Positions 15,297 through 27,650 of a DNA stretch of 64,000 nt are shown here, piece by piece. Where the stretch lies: NCBI RefSeq assembly GCF_964204865.1, contig NC_135257.1, forward strand, positions 6,200,001 through 6,264,000, given 5' to 3'. The DNA is from Styela clava. Taxonomy: Eukaryota. A program made the translations under genes and the position numbers. Below the pieces are notes generated by a model that did not search any database, had not been told where the DNA came from, and saw nothing but the letters and a program-made list of their open reading frames with translations. The stretch's first letter is position 1. Every line of letters starts with the position of its first letter.

Positions 15297-15461
15297 GGTA
15301 AGAGCATTCATATGAAGTGAGTAAGATTCGTACAATTGTGAGACAATGATGAGAAAAAATTCTGACTTATTATTCCGCTCATGATACTTAATATCAAACA
15401 AACACCGTACAGCAAATACATGAAACATGCATTTTAGTGAAATTACACCGTACATCCACAC

Positions 15462-15665
15462 TCAGGTATAAACTTTCTGTTGCTTCCGCCTTTTAGTGCA
15501 AATTTACCCGTCACATAGTCTAAAATGCATATTTCCGTACAGTAAAAGAATTTCCCGTCATTCCCGCTTATGTAAAATTTCCCGTAGTTCCCGCGTTTTT
15601 TTGCTTCGCCTGTCGTTCCCGTTTCCCGCATTTTAGGGTTGCAATTTTTTGACATGTCAATCCTA
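15462..15665. mobile_element. Degenerate MITE remnant with TTCCCG subterminal repeats
   Basis: Repeated TTCCCG, terminus GTCAATCCTA, and flanking ATCCACAC/ACCCACAC as a possible TSD. Confidence 0.4.
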
Positions 15666-15799
15666 ACCCACACCTGGCGACGCCATCCAAAAATTACGTC
15701 ACTACGTCGTCACAATTACGTCATGGAGCTTGCCAATTAGACGTACGATCGCCCGAAACGGCATCGGCGCCGATGATAAAGAAGAGACTAAAATCTTTC

Positions 15800-16870
15800 T
15801 TGGACAAAAACCCAATTCTAAATAGGGACCAATTCGGCTTTAGAAATGGGCATTGCACTCCACATGCTATACTTGATATTGTCAGTCATTACTAAAACAT
15901 TATAGATGAAGGCTCATTGGGTTGTAGCGTATTTTTGGATCTGAAAAAAGCATTCGATACAGTGGATCATGATATCTTAATTACAAAACTTAATCACTAT
16001 GGAATTCGGGGAGTGGTCAATAAAATTGTTCGTAAGTTATCTGCAAAACAGAAGTCAATTTGTAATTTTGATTGGTTGTCAATCAATAAGTGAGAAGGTG
16101 TCGGTAGGGGTCCCCCAGGGCTCAGTATTGGGGCCTACCCTGTTTTTAATTCATGTAAATGATTTTGTCAATGCCATTAGGGCTCCAATTAAACTTTTCG
16201 CTGATGATACTAGGGCTACATTCGCCGCAAAAAACCTGTCCTGCCTAGAATATTTAGTTAATAGGGATCTTCATAGTATATCGGAATGGCTAATTAAAAA
16301 CAAGCTAAATATCTTGGAGTTATTCTAGACAATAAGCTAAACTGGCAGGGGCATATTGACCAACTTGCAGGTAGTCTGTCCAGAGCTATTGGTGCTATGT
16401 CCAAACTGAGACACTTTGTATCTGATAAGGTTTTAAGAATTGTATATTTTAGTCACATCTACAATATGGAATTGTGGCATGGGGATCTGCCCCTAAGACT
16501 TATCTGGATAGGATCAGAGTACTTCAAAATCGTGCGTTAAGGTTGATGAGTGGTACACGTCTGCGGGTAAGCCTAAGTCCCATTTATAAAAAGATGAATA
16601 TTCTTACAGTGACTGATGTATATAAATTCGAAATAGCGAAAATCATGTTTCAATTTAAACATGGAATTCTTCCTGAAATTTTTGATAGCCACTTCACAAA
16701 TTGTAGTAGAGTCCACCAATACAACACTCGTTTAGCGGGTAGAGGAGCATATTTTGTTAATAGGACAAGTTCCAGTTTGGCCCTGAATTCCATTCAAATT
16801 ACTGGTCCAAGTATGTAGAACACTATTCCAGATGACATCATAGAATCGTCTCATAGCGGTTGAAAATATA
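15800..16870 (+). mobile_element. 5'-truncated, decayed non-LTR retrotransposon (CR1/L2-group) reverse transcriptase
   Basis: QFGFR, FLDLKKAFDTVDH, GVPQGSVLGPTLF and LFADD motifs, broken by stops and frameshifts. Confidence 0.88.
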
Positions 16871-17914
16871 ATTATATGAGGTATTTCATAAATAAATATT
16901 AATAAATCGAGAGATAACTTCTCTGTGTTGTCTTTTTTACATTTCAATACCCATTTCACTCGCGATTTGCATCTTTATCTTTGCAAATATAATCTATTAA
17001 TTCAGCTCTTTCCTATATAGGACATTATATTTTTCTCATGATCTGATAGATATACAGTTCAAGAGTAATTTCAATGTATGTAACATCAACAGTTTCCATT
17101 CTAAGCCAACTATTGACTATTCAGCATTTGTACCTTTTGACATGATATGAAGTTGTAGTAGTTACCATAAACCCATACAATGTTACCTGATTAAATTGGA
17201 CGGCAATTCCTTGATTCCTTATCCCTGATTTTAATTTATGCAATTTTGTCAAGTGGAAATCATCTAGACCTAGTAATAGTGTGTGTGGTTTTATAGTAAA
17301 TGGTGGTATCTAAAATTGTACTACTGTCATTTAAAATGAAATCCACTATATCACATTGTATGTATATTATATCATAATTCAATAACTGTTCAGTTCAGCA
17401 GATATCTGGATGAAATTTTGCTATTATATGTAACCTGTAATTAGGTTTTCTTCGTTGCATTTTGATGTGACTATGGTAGTTCTTCACATATAAATGTATA
17501 GCATATTGAACTTTTATTTGAGTTCACATGTCTAGAGTTTACATTATTTTTATTTATATAGACTATTACTAGACTTGCTGTGGAAATTTTTCTATTGTTT
17601 ACAATTTCTCGCAATTCCACTACATTAGCTTATCAAATATTGACTTGAATTGCATTTGTCTCACAAGTTATGTAAATTATTATTCATATATTATTGTTAA
17701 AAATTGTTTATGTAATATTGCATATTACTGTTTCTTAAATGACATGCAGACATTTCTCAACCACGATATTTACAGTTACTCTTTATATGTTACTAGTACT
17801 TTAGGAAAATAGGTACGGTAAATTGGCTCTTATTCTCCTGAATTTATTTTTTAGTTCTGGCCTATAAAATTAAACAATTTATGCTGTAGGTTGAAGGCGT
17901 GCGTTCATTACCGT

Positions 17915-18185
17915 GTGTTGATATAAATTGCTGAATCGTATTTTCTGTGTTAAACCAAACTTGGATTAAAATTCTCAAATTATCATTATTGTATATGTTG
18001 ATATGAATTGCTGCATTCTATTTTCTATGTTAAACCAAACTTGCATTTATATTATTAATCCAATCTAAAGGATTTATATCCCATATCATTATTATTGTAT
18101 ATGTTGATATGAGTTGCTGCATCCAATTTTCTGTGTTCAAACTTGCATCTATACGTCCCAAATCATTATTATTGTATATACTGAT
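17915..18185. repeat. Imperfect short tandem repeat, 3-4 copies
   Basis: Recurring ATTATTGTATATGTTGATATGAATTGCTGCAT...TTTCTGTGTTAAACCAAACTTG. Confidence 0.6.
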
Positions 18186-19288
18186 AAAAAAGGCTACATT
18201 CTCTTCCTACGTTGAGTCCATACGAATTTGGGACATCTGCCCTTATATGTGGGCAATATGGATTATAAAAATTGATAAGGGACTGAACAATAATGATAAA
18301 TCTTTCGCAACTATTCAGATTCTGGAATATGGTATTTTGTATAGTGGAGATCATTTAGAGTTTAACCTTTGTATTATTCCAATTGTATATAATGGGTGAT
18401 GTCACCTAACATTGTACTTCTGTCATTCAAATTGAAACACATTATTACAAATTGTATGTCTATTATATCATATTTGATCGAACGGGTCCTAGGTATATTA
18501 ATATATATATTATGTATAGTATATTGCAGCTTATACTCTTCTTTTGAGCATACATGTCTTGAGTACTTCCTGTATATATTATACAACTCGTTCTGGCCTA
18601 CTGTGGTTCTAGTCATCATTGAATAATTTCCTCCTGGTCTCATTCCATCATTATAGTTGTGGAATACTACCAACTCAATAGTACATCCTGTCAAAATGTG
18701 AAAATTTTCGAATCTGTAGACAGTGGCTTGTCAAATCATAGTGTCTGATATAAATCAACTATTTACTCAATCATAAAACATATGTCAATCATTTAACATT
18801 AAAATAAATCCTCAAACACAACTGGCAATGTTAAATGCCAGTTGTGTTTAGGTTGAATTGCTCTACATTCGAGAACCTTTGACTTGATATATTAATCTAG
18901 TACTATTCCCTAGAAATTATTCTCCTCCTAATTATGTACAACTCGCCAATGGTGCTTTTTAAATTCATATTTTGTGATAGTGAAATTACGATGCTGCTTT
19001 ATATTTTACTGTTACATCGACTCATACTATTATATTTATTTACATTTTTATTTATCATTCACTTGTCTTCTTATATATTACTTTGACATCCCTCTGCAAG
19101 CAAAAAAATATTATACATAATATAAAATAATGAATATGGGGGGGGGGGGGGGGAGCTGACTCTGATGACCGTATCGCTCCTCCCGGTCTATACCGGTATG
19201 TTAGTCGTTATACCGAATAACTTTATTGTTGTATATTTTTATTACTGTTGCTCGCTTCTTTTTCTGGTTGACAAATAATAAATTTCTC

Positions 19289-19425
19289 GAACTCGCGATG
19301 TCGATCAACAAATATAAAGAAAATAGACATGGCGAGTTAGCCCTCTCTCTCTCTCTCAAACTCGCGATGTCGATCAACAAATATAAAGAAAATAGACATG
19401 GCGAGTTAGCCCTCTCTCTCTCTCG
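19289..19425. repeat. Direct duplication of a ~68-bp unit ending in (CT)n
   Basis: Two copies of AACTCGCGATGTCGATCAACAAATATAAAGAAAATAGACATGGCGAGTTAGCC(CT)n. Confidence 0.85.
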
Positions 19426-19611
19426 AGCTCGCATCCAACGGCTGTTTAGAATAAAATGAGACTGGCGGTAGCGAAATAAAACTTTTGTAACTAACTAGGT
19501 TAGGTTGTATACCGTACACCGGTACTGTTGATTTATACTCACACAATCAATTAATATGGTGATATATTTAGCATGCTTAGATGAAAATGATAAGTTGAGA
19601 CATCCTTTGCG

Positions 19612-22600
19612 GGGTCTCCCTAAAACCAGGCACTTGCGAATTCAGGCACTTTGATATTTTTTTATTTTTACCGTACGTCATTGGGGTTTCCAATTTAACT
19701 GACAAGATAATTAGACTTTAAATAATTTTTCGCATCCCTATATTGCAATAAAACAATATTATTTCCAATTTATTAGGGTATAAATAATTTTTCAATAGTA
19801 AAATGTGGCAACATTGATTACAAAATATAGAAATCAGGCACTTGTGAAATTTCAGGCACTTGGTCAAAACCAACGACTAACATACCCTGCTCGTGGTATT
19901 CAGTTACAAACTTACAATAGCAATTTTTTTTTACCGTCAAAACCTATTTTACAATGTATCTGATTACTCTAAAGCAGAAAATTAAATATATACACTTTGT
20001 ATGGTTGAATTTACAACATTTTGGTAAAATACAATACCGTTTGTGACTGATGGACGCGTGTCATATTCCGCAAGTGCCTGATTTTTTATTTTTCTCGGTG
20101 ACAGTTGCCATATTTTTTCGCAATTATTTTCTTAAATTATTTGCGTCAGCACTTACTATTCTTTGCTTTCTAACGCGAATTCATTGTTCCACAACAATTT
20201 GAGCGTTTTTAATATTGCAATGAGCAATACCATTTGACAACATATGGTCAAGGATCGTACTTTCTGGATTTATTTGAAATTGAATATGAATAATAAAATC
20301 TGGCAACCTCAAGCACAAAATACTAAAACCAGGCACTTGTGTGAAATTTCAGGCACTTCGTAAAAACCTATTTCTCGATGTTTTTAAACACTTTGAAGCA
20401 GAAAACTAAAATATACACTCTTTTTTATGATTGAAATGACGTCTTTTTGGTAAAAAAACAAAAACGATTGGGACTGGTGATGAGGGGTCAAATTTCGCAA
20501 GTGCCTGATTTTTCATTTTTTTCGATAACAGTTGCCATATATTTTCGCAACAATTTTTCTAAATTATTCGAGTCAGAACTTACTAATCGTTGCTTTTTAA
20601 AATAAATTCCTTGTTCTACAACAATTTCAGCGTTTTTACAATGAGCAATATTATTTGACAACATATAGATAACCATCGTACTTTTTGGATTTATTTGAAA
20701 TTGAATAGGAAAGATAAAATCTGGCAAACGCAAGCACAAAATACTAAAACCAGGCACTTGTGAAATTTCAGGCACTTTGTAAAAACCTATTTCTCGATGT
20801 TTAAACTTACTTTGAAGCAGAAAACTAAAATATACACTCTTTTGTATGATTGAAATGACGTCTTTTTTGGTAAAAAAGAAAAACGATTGGGACTTGTGAT
20901 GAGGGGTCAAATTTCGCAAGTGCCTGATTTTTCATTTTTTTCGATTACAGTTGCCATATATTTTTGCAATACTTTTCATAAAATCATTTTCGTCAGATCT
21001 TACTAATCATTGCTTTTTAAAGGAAATTCCTAGTTCTACAACAATTTCAGCGTTTTTAATAATGAAATGAGCAATATCATTTGACAACATATAGATAACC
21101 ATCGTACTTTTAGGATTTATTTGAAATTGAATGGGAATGATAAAATCTGGCAACCGCAAGCACAAAATACTAAAATCAGGCACTTGTGAAATTTCAGGCA
21201 CTTTGTAAAAAAATATTTCCCGATGTTTTTGATTACTTTAAAGCCGAAAATCCAAATATACACATTTTGTATGACTGAATTTGGTATTTTTATTGTCCAA
21301 AACAAGAAGAACTGTCACTGGTAGGAAATGTAGCAAGTTTAGCAAGTGCCTGATTTTTTGGTTTTGTCAATGGTAGTTGCCATATCTCTATAATTTTTGT
21401 CTTTTTTTTTATATGTTGTTTCCCTATTGCATAATTTTATAAAAGTCAATGTTTGTATGAGAGCTCCACTTAGCATAAATGGAATTAAACTTTTAACATC
21501 AGTATCTACATCCGGAAATCGATATTTAATTAAACCAATCACGCTTTTGCAAAACTATTTGAATATTGTAAAGTTTGAATGACATTGTGTTGTTTATTTT
21601 TATTAATTCAAAAGTATGACATATGTATTATTTAAATACGGGTTCAAATTTGACAGATCTGTAGGGAATATTAGTTAATCAGACGACATCTTTATAGTAA
21701 TGTTCGGAACCCTTGAAATTGGTTCAAAACTTCTTCTAATTTGTTATAAACATTTCGACGTAATATATTACCCAGGTAGTAACAATCGCATCGTTATAAA
21801 CAATCTAATTTGTCTTCTGGCAATATCAGTTCGAAATTCCAGTTTTAATTGTTATCGGACGACGATTTTAATAATGTAATTTGGCCTATGACTTCATATA
21901 AACTACATAACAGAAACAATTGACTTATGTCGTATAGAATCTTTTATAATACGTATCCAAGTCACATTATCCCCTAATAGAACATAATTTACCGTTCACA
22001 AAATTTATAAAAGCCTGTGCAAAATCTATATTGACAACCAGCGGTGTTCAACCACGGCTACAATATAGATATTCAATCACTTGCTGTTGCTGTTGTATAA
22101 TATTCTTTACAACCTGAAGATCTGACTGTAATATCTTTTCATGGATAGTTTATGGAATGGATTTCATGGATAGTTTACGTAGAATTATTTGTACATTATT
22201 TCATGCTGTAACAGCTAACTGTAAAACACGTAGTTCCTAAATAAGAAGAATGGCTACAGGATGGTAAATACGAGATGGCAATGTCACCTAAACAAAATTC
22301 GCTCGGCAAATGACATCAGGTAGCTGATATGCCCAAAGTTAGGCTTAAAAGCATCGTTAAACGAATGTTACAATAAAAATCCTTTAATATTCAACACGCC
22401 AGTAGTCAGTCAACGAATTTTTTTGCGTTATTCAAAAAGTTACAAATATATAAAAACGTAAAACAGTAATTGTTTTTAATGTCACAGAAGCCGTATTAAA
22501 CTCTCGATTATAGATCTTTCTCCATCAGTAATCGGGGATATAAATTTGAATTTAAATTTATTAAGGAGATAAAACATTAAAAACACAACTTCACAATGGA

Positions 22601-25196
22601 AGTGTATGAGTGAACACTAATCGAAGCTTTCAATTTTAAAATTATTAGAAATATTGAGTATCCAATGAAAATCCTTACTATTTGTTCTATTTTGACATGA
22701 TATGATTTACGTATCTTGCAATTAGGTAAAACCACAGATCTAAGAATTGAAAATTTTAAATGTCAGTTCTGAAATTAAACATGAAAAGATTTTGTGTATA
22801 TTTTGCTACTTTTATATGTCGGGCGTATAGTGTCTTCATGTCGCGAATGAGCATCAGAATAGGTTGTGCAGAAAATGGTGCTCCCGTAGTATGTGCACAA
22901 AGTTGGCACACAACCCGAACATAGTATGTGTACCAAGATAGAGGTATTAGGTTGTGCGCCATCTTGGAGCACATAGGCTACTACGGGAGCGCCCTGAAAA
23001 TACCCACATTGGCAACACCGACTTACCGAATACAAATTTTACACTTCCACAATTTCGCTTTCGATACTTTCTCACATGTATCATGATAACAACGCTTGCA
23101 AACGCAGCATTGGTATTGTACGTGCTCCCGTATACATTTCGCACTTTAACAGACACTCCAATTATTATTTTCCAGAAAGCAAAATTCATGCATCGGAATG
23201 TCAGAGTATATGAGTGGCGACGATGCAGTGCGACAACGTTCCAAATGTGATTGAATTTTTGTTGACTCCGCCTTGTTCAATCTTCCATATGGGCGTTTTG
23301 AAGAGGTATGTACTCACTTCAAATATAAATACTTGCACCACCCTCGGGCAGACGTCGAATTGAAACTAGCGATAAGAATAGCACTCAATATACATCGGAT
23401 TGTCTTAAAAAACATTTCAACGAGAAAGCAAAGTATAGTAAGTACTAAGTTCTGACGAAAATGATTTTATGAAAAGTATTGCAAAAATATATGGCAACTG
23501 TAATCGAAAAAAATGAAAAATCAGGCACTTGCGAAATTTGACCCCTCATCACAAGTCCCAATCGTTTTTCCTTTTTACCAAAAAAGACGGCATTTCAATC
23601 ATACAAAAGAGTGTATATTTTAGTTTTCTGCTTCAAAGTAAGTATAAACATCGAGAAATAGGTTTTTACAAAGTGCCTGAAATTTCACAAGTGCCTGGTT
23701 TTAGTATTTTGTGATTGGAGTTGCCAGATTTTATCATTCCTATTCAATTTCAAATAAATCTAAAAAGTACGATGGTTATCTATATGTTGTCAAATAATAT
23801 TGCTCATTGTAAAAACGCTGAAATTGTTGTAGAACTAGGAATTTATTTTAAAAAGCAATGATTAGTAAGTTCTGACTCAAATAATTTAGAAAAATTGTTG
23901 CGAAAATATATGGCAACTGTTATCGAAAAAAATGAAAAATCAGGCACTTGCGAAATTTGACCCCTCATCACCAGTCCCAATCGTTTTGTTTTTTACCAAA
24001 ATGACGTCATTTCAATCCTAAAAAAGAGTGTATATTTTAGTTTTCTGCTTCAAAGTGTACAAAAACATCTAGAAATAGGTTTTTACGAAGTGCCTGAAAT
24101 TTCACAAGTGCCTGGTTTTAGTATTTCGTGCTTGAGGTTGCCAGATTTTATTATTCATATTCAAATTCAAATAAATCCAGAAAGTATGATGGTTGACCAT
24201 ATGTTGTCAAATGGTATTGCTCATTGCAATATTAAAAACGCTCAAACTGTTGTGGAACAATGAATTTGCGTTAGAAAGCAAAGTATAGTAAGTGCTGACG
24301 CAAATAAAATTTTTGCGAAAATATATGGCAACTGTTATCGAAAAAAATGAAAAATCAGGCACTTGCGAAATTTGACCCCTCATCACCAGTCCCAATCGTG
24401 TTTGTTTTTTTACCAAAAAGACGTCATTTCAATCATAAAAAAGAGTTTATATTTTAGTTTTCTGCTTCAAAGTGTATAAAAACATCGAGAAATAGGTTTT
24501 TACGAAGTGCCTGAAATTTCACAAGTGCCTGGTTTTAGTATTTTGTGCTTGAGGTTGCCAGATTTTATTATTCATATTCAATTTCAAATAAATCCAGAAA
24601 GTACGATGATTGACCATATGTTGTCAAATGGTATTGCTCATTGCAATATTAAAAACGCTCAAATTGTTGTGGAACAATGAATTCGCGTTAGAAAGCAAAG
24701 AATAATAAGTGCTGACGCAAACAATTTAAGAAAATAATTGCGAAAAAATATGGCAACTGTCACCGAGAAAAATGAAAAATCAGGCACTTGCGAAATATGA
24801 CATGTCTCCATCAGTCACAAACGGTATTGTATTTTACCAAAATGTTGTAAATTCAACCATACAAAGTGTATATATTTAATGTTCTGCTTTAGAGTAATCA
24901 GATACATTGTAAAATAGGTTTTGACCAAGTGCCTGAAATTTCACAAGTGCCTGATTTCTATATTTTGTAATCAATGTTGCCACATTTTACTATTGAAAAA
25001 TTATTTATACCCTAATAAAGTGGAAATAATATTGTTTTATTGCAATATAGGGATGCAAAAAATTATTTAAAGTTCAATTATCTTGTCAGGTCAATTGGAA
25101 ACCCCAATGACGTACGGTAAAAAAAAATATCAAAGTGCCTGAAATGGTGCCTGAAAAAGTGCCTGAATTCGCAAGTGCCTGGTTTTAGGGAGACCC
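19612..25196. mobile_element. Foldback (Mutator-superfamily, FB/Rehavkus-like) DNA transposon, non-autonomous
   Basis: Termini GGGTCTCCCTAAAACCAGGCACTTGCGAATTCAGGCACTT and its reverse complement. Perfect 9-bp TSD TCCTTTGCG (19603-19611 and 25197-25205). Arms at about 19612-21390 and 23425-25196 are built from ~420-bp units. Confidence 0.92.
23023..23310 (-). pseudogene. PHD-finger (C4HC3)-like coding relic inside the foldback loop
   Basis: Manual translation ...WSVC*SAKCIREHVQYQCCVCKRCYHDTCEKVSKAKLWKCKICIR*, with one in-frame TAA at 23148-23146. Confidence 0.65.
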
Positions 25197-26654
25197 TCCT
25201 TTGCGTGTCGAGTACCGTACGTTTTCTTGTCACTTTGTTATCCCTTGCACAGTATTCTAACCAAACACATTCAATTTATTATATTTGCCCTCACGATTGA
25301 AGTTGTAAGTAAAACAGCCACCTTTCCATCTCCCATTACAAGAAGACCCTTCGTGCAGTTGCAGGCATACCGGTACCGTACCCGTTAACCGCCGTCGCAT
25401 GGCGAGTTAGCCTCCACCACCCCTTGTATTGAGTCTGTTCCGCACACATCTCATTCATGTATTCAGCTACCATTAGCAGAGGCAAGCCTATTACAAGTAC
25501 TGATTTACATTATATACAGATAGGTACGGTACCGGTATAATTTAAAAGCGGGAGATCGATATTTAGCCCAATGCTCGAGACATAGATCAGACGTCGTCAG
25601 GTACCGGTACCGGTATCACAGTATTATACTGCGTGAACACCCCTATAAAATTTTAAACCCTCCTCTGTTTGTTAGCTCCTCAATTTCCGTTTTTTAATTC
25701 TAGGGTATGAGCTGATTGCATTTGCAAATTCATGCAGTCATTTGTCAACTTATGAACTCATCGCTCATGACGAAAAAAACCTCCACTTACTTGAATTACC
25801 GTATCATTCCCAACTACTAATCTGCTAATTGCATCTTGAAACTATACAAAGATACATGTTTTACTTAACTTTGTAGCCAAATTAGTTTAAGCATAAATTC
25901 AACCGTAAGACTCAGACTTTTTCTGTCTTCTGGTCATAGCCCAGTAGTCATATACCAGTATACCGTAACAGTATAATGATATACCGGTACCGCATGTATT
26001 CTTGTTTGCGATAGAATTTTTCATCAATTATAAAAATGCGTATTGAGGAAACTGGGTTCGCAGGGGGTTGAGAAGGCTTAAAATTCCTTGTATGCTATCT
26101 ATTACTGTATCATTCATACATTCAAATTTTGTGAAAACTGTGCTAGTTGACGTGTAATGCACGAATTTTCTTGGCAAAATACTGCTTATAAATCCAGGGA
26201 TTTTGTGCAAAATTTATAATATTTTAGTTTTGTTCATTTTTGAAAGAATTTTACAAACATGTTTTTTGAAATAAAATAAATATCACAATAATTAGGTCTA
26301 TGTAAAACAGAAGTTTTGGTAGGAAAACTGACATTTTGAGTTGGTACATGTGTTTTCAATTAATGTATCATTCTATGAGTTTTATAAAAATCAATATACA
26401 TATATAATACATAATAATATTTGCATTAATAAATTATTTTATACTTCTTGTTCTTGGACTTGCTTATTCTTTGTTTTAAGTTGGAGAATTTGGTTATTGT
26501 CTGATTTGGAAAGTTTGATATAATTGATATGCCAATAGTAGTAAGATAATCACATTATTTTTACTATAAGGATTGGTGCCTATTTGACTATATCAATTCA
26601 ATGTTGTTTTAGGTTATAGTCCTAGAATACAGTGTATATCTCATCAAAATAGAC

Positions 26655-27650
26655 ATGGCAGAAAACGGAGATGAAGAGATGGAGATTTCATCTCTATCAA
26701 GCAAATTTATGACACCTATCCAACGTGCAGAAAGGTTGAAGATTCGACAAGAATACAGAAAACTGATCAGTGAAGTCCAAGACAAAAAGGAAGAATTTGT
26801 AAAACCAGAAAGTGGAGATTTATTGGATCGTGTCAAAAAAGCAAACTCTCTATTTCAAAGGGTGAAATCAACGAGGGAGGGAGCTTTAGATTCACGGTTT
26901 ATGGCATTATCAGTGTCTATTGCGGGGCAAACAACAAATCAACTTCAAACAGATCTTGTGGCATTTCAACCTGAGGAATTCATGGAAAAATTAGTGACCA
27001 GAATGGATGGGCGTTATATTGGTGAAGAAGAAGATGAAGTTCATATCACTTCAGAAGGATGGGAAAATTTCGGACAATATTCCTCTAAATTTTTTTCTAG
27101 CGTGAACCCTGTATTGAATGTTATGTCTGGTACATTTGAGCACAGTGCACTAAGAAGGCGACACACACAGTCTGACCCCATAGATAACGATACAGGGACT
27201 AAAACACAGCCGCAGCACCTTACACATTTCGAGGGGGATCGAAAAGAAGCCACACCAGAAGAAATTGAAAGAGTGCTTGGAGTGATTCAACAAATGTATG
27301 AACAAGATCCAGTCCCAATAGACTATTTTGAACTTGTTGTAAATCCGGATTCTTTTGGTCATACTATTGAAAACATGTTTCACATGGCATTTCTCGTCAA
27401 AGATGGCTTTGTTCGTGTGTTTTTAAATGAAAATCAAATACCAGTTGTTGAGCCAGTCAACCAAAATGAGGAAGATAATACTCAAACCGAAAAAAAATGT
27501 AATCAAGTCATGGTATCAATGTCAATGGATGAGTGGAGGGAAATTATTGATATTTATGAACTAGGAGGAAGAGCTCCATTCATAGAACCTTCAGAGCCTA
27601 AAAGCCCTGAGAGAGCTAATGGTCCATCATCAAAAAGAGTTAGAAGCTGA
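26655..27650 (+). CDS. NSMCE4A: NSE4/EID3-family kleisin subunit of SMC5/6, 331 aa, single coding exon
   Basis: ERLKIRQEYRKLI and REGALDSRF N-terminal motifs, plus the Nse4 C-terminal motif DYFELVVNPDSFGHTIENMFHMAFLVKDG. Confidence 0.9.
   Translation: MAENGDEEMEISSLSSKFMTPIQRAERLKIRQEYRKLISEVQDKKEEFVKPESGDLLDRVKKANSLFQRVKSTREGALDSRFMALSVSIAGQTTNQLQTDLVAFQPEEFMEKLVTRMDGRYIGEEEDEVHITSEGWENFGQYSSKFFSSVNPVLNVMSGTFEHSALRRRHTQSDPIDNDTGTKTQPQHLTHFEGDRKEATPEEIERVLGVIQQMYEQDPVPIDYFELVVNPDSFGHTIENMFHMAFLVKDGFVRVFLNENQIPVVEPVNQNEEDNTQTEKKCNQVMVSMSMDEWREIIDIYELGGRAPFIEPSEPKSPERANGPSSKRVRS

Noticed and set aside
19318-19333. 14-nt match AAAATAGACATGGC to the NSE4 start context
   Set aside because: Several 14-mer matches are expected by chance in 64 kb of AT-rich DNA, and the homology does not extend.
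20488-24416. ORFs such as MRNLTPHHKSQSFF... in both foldback arms
   Set aside because: These are chance translations of the ~420-bp repeat module and are not conserved in frame between units.
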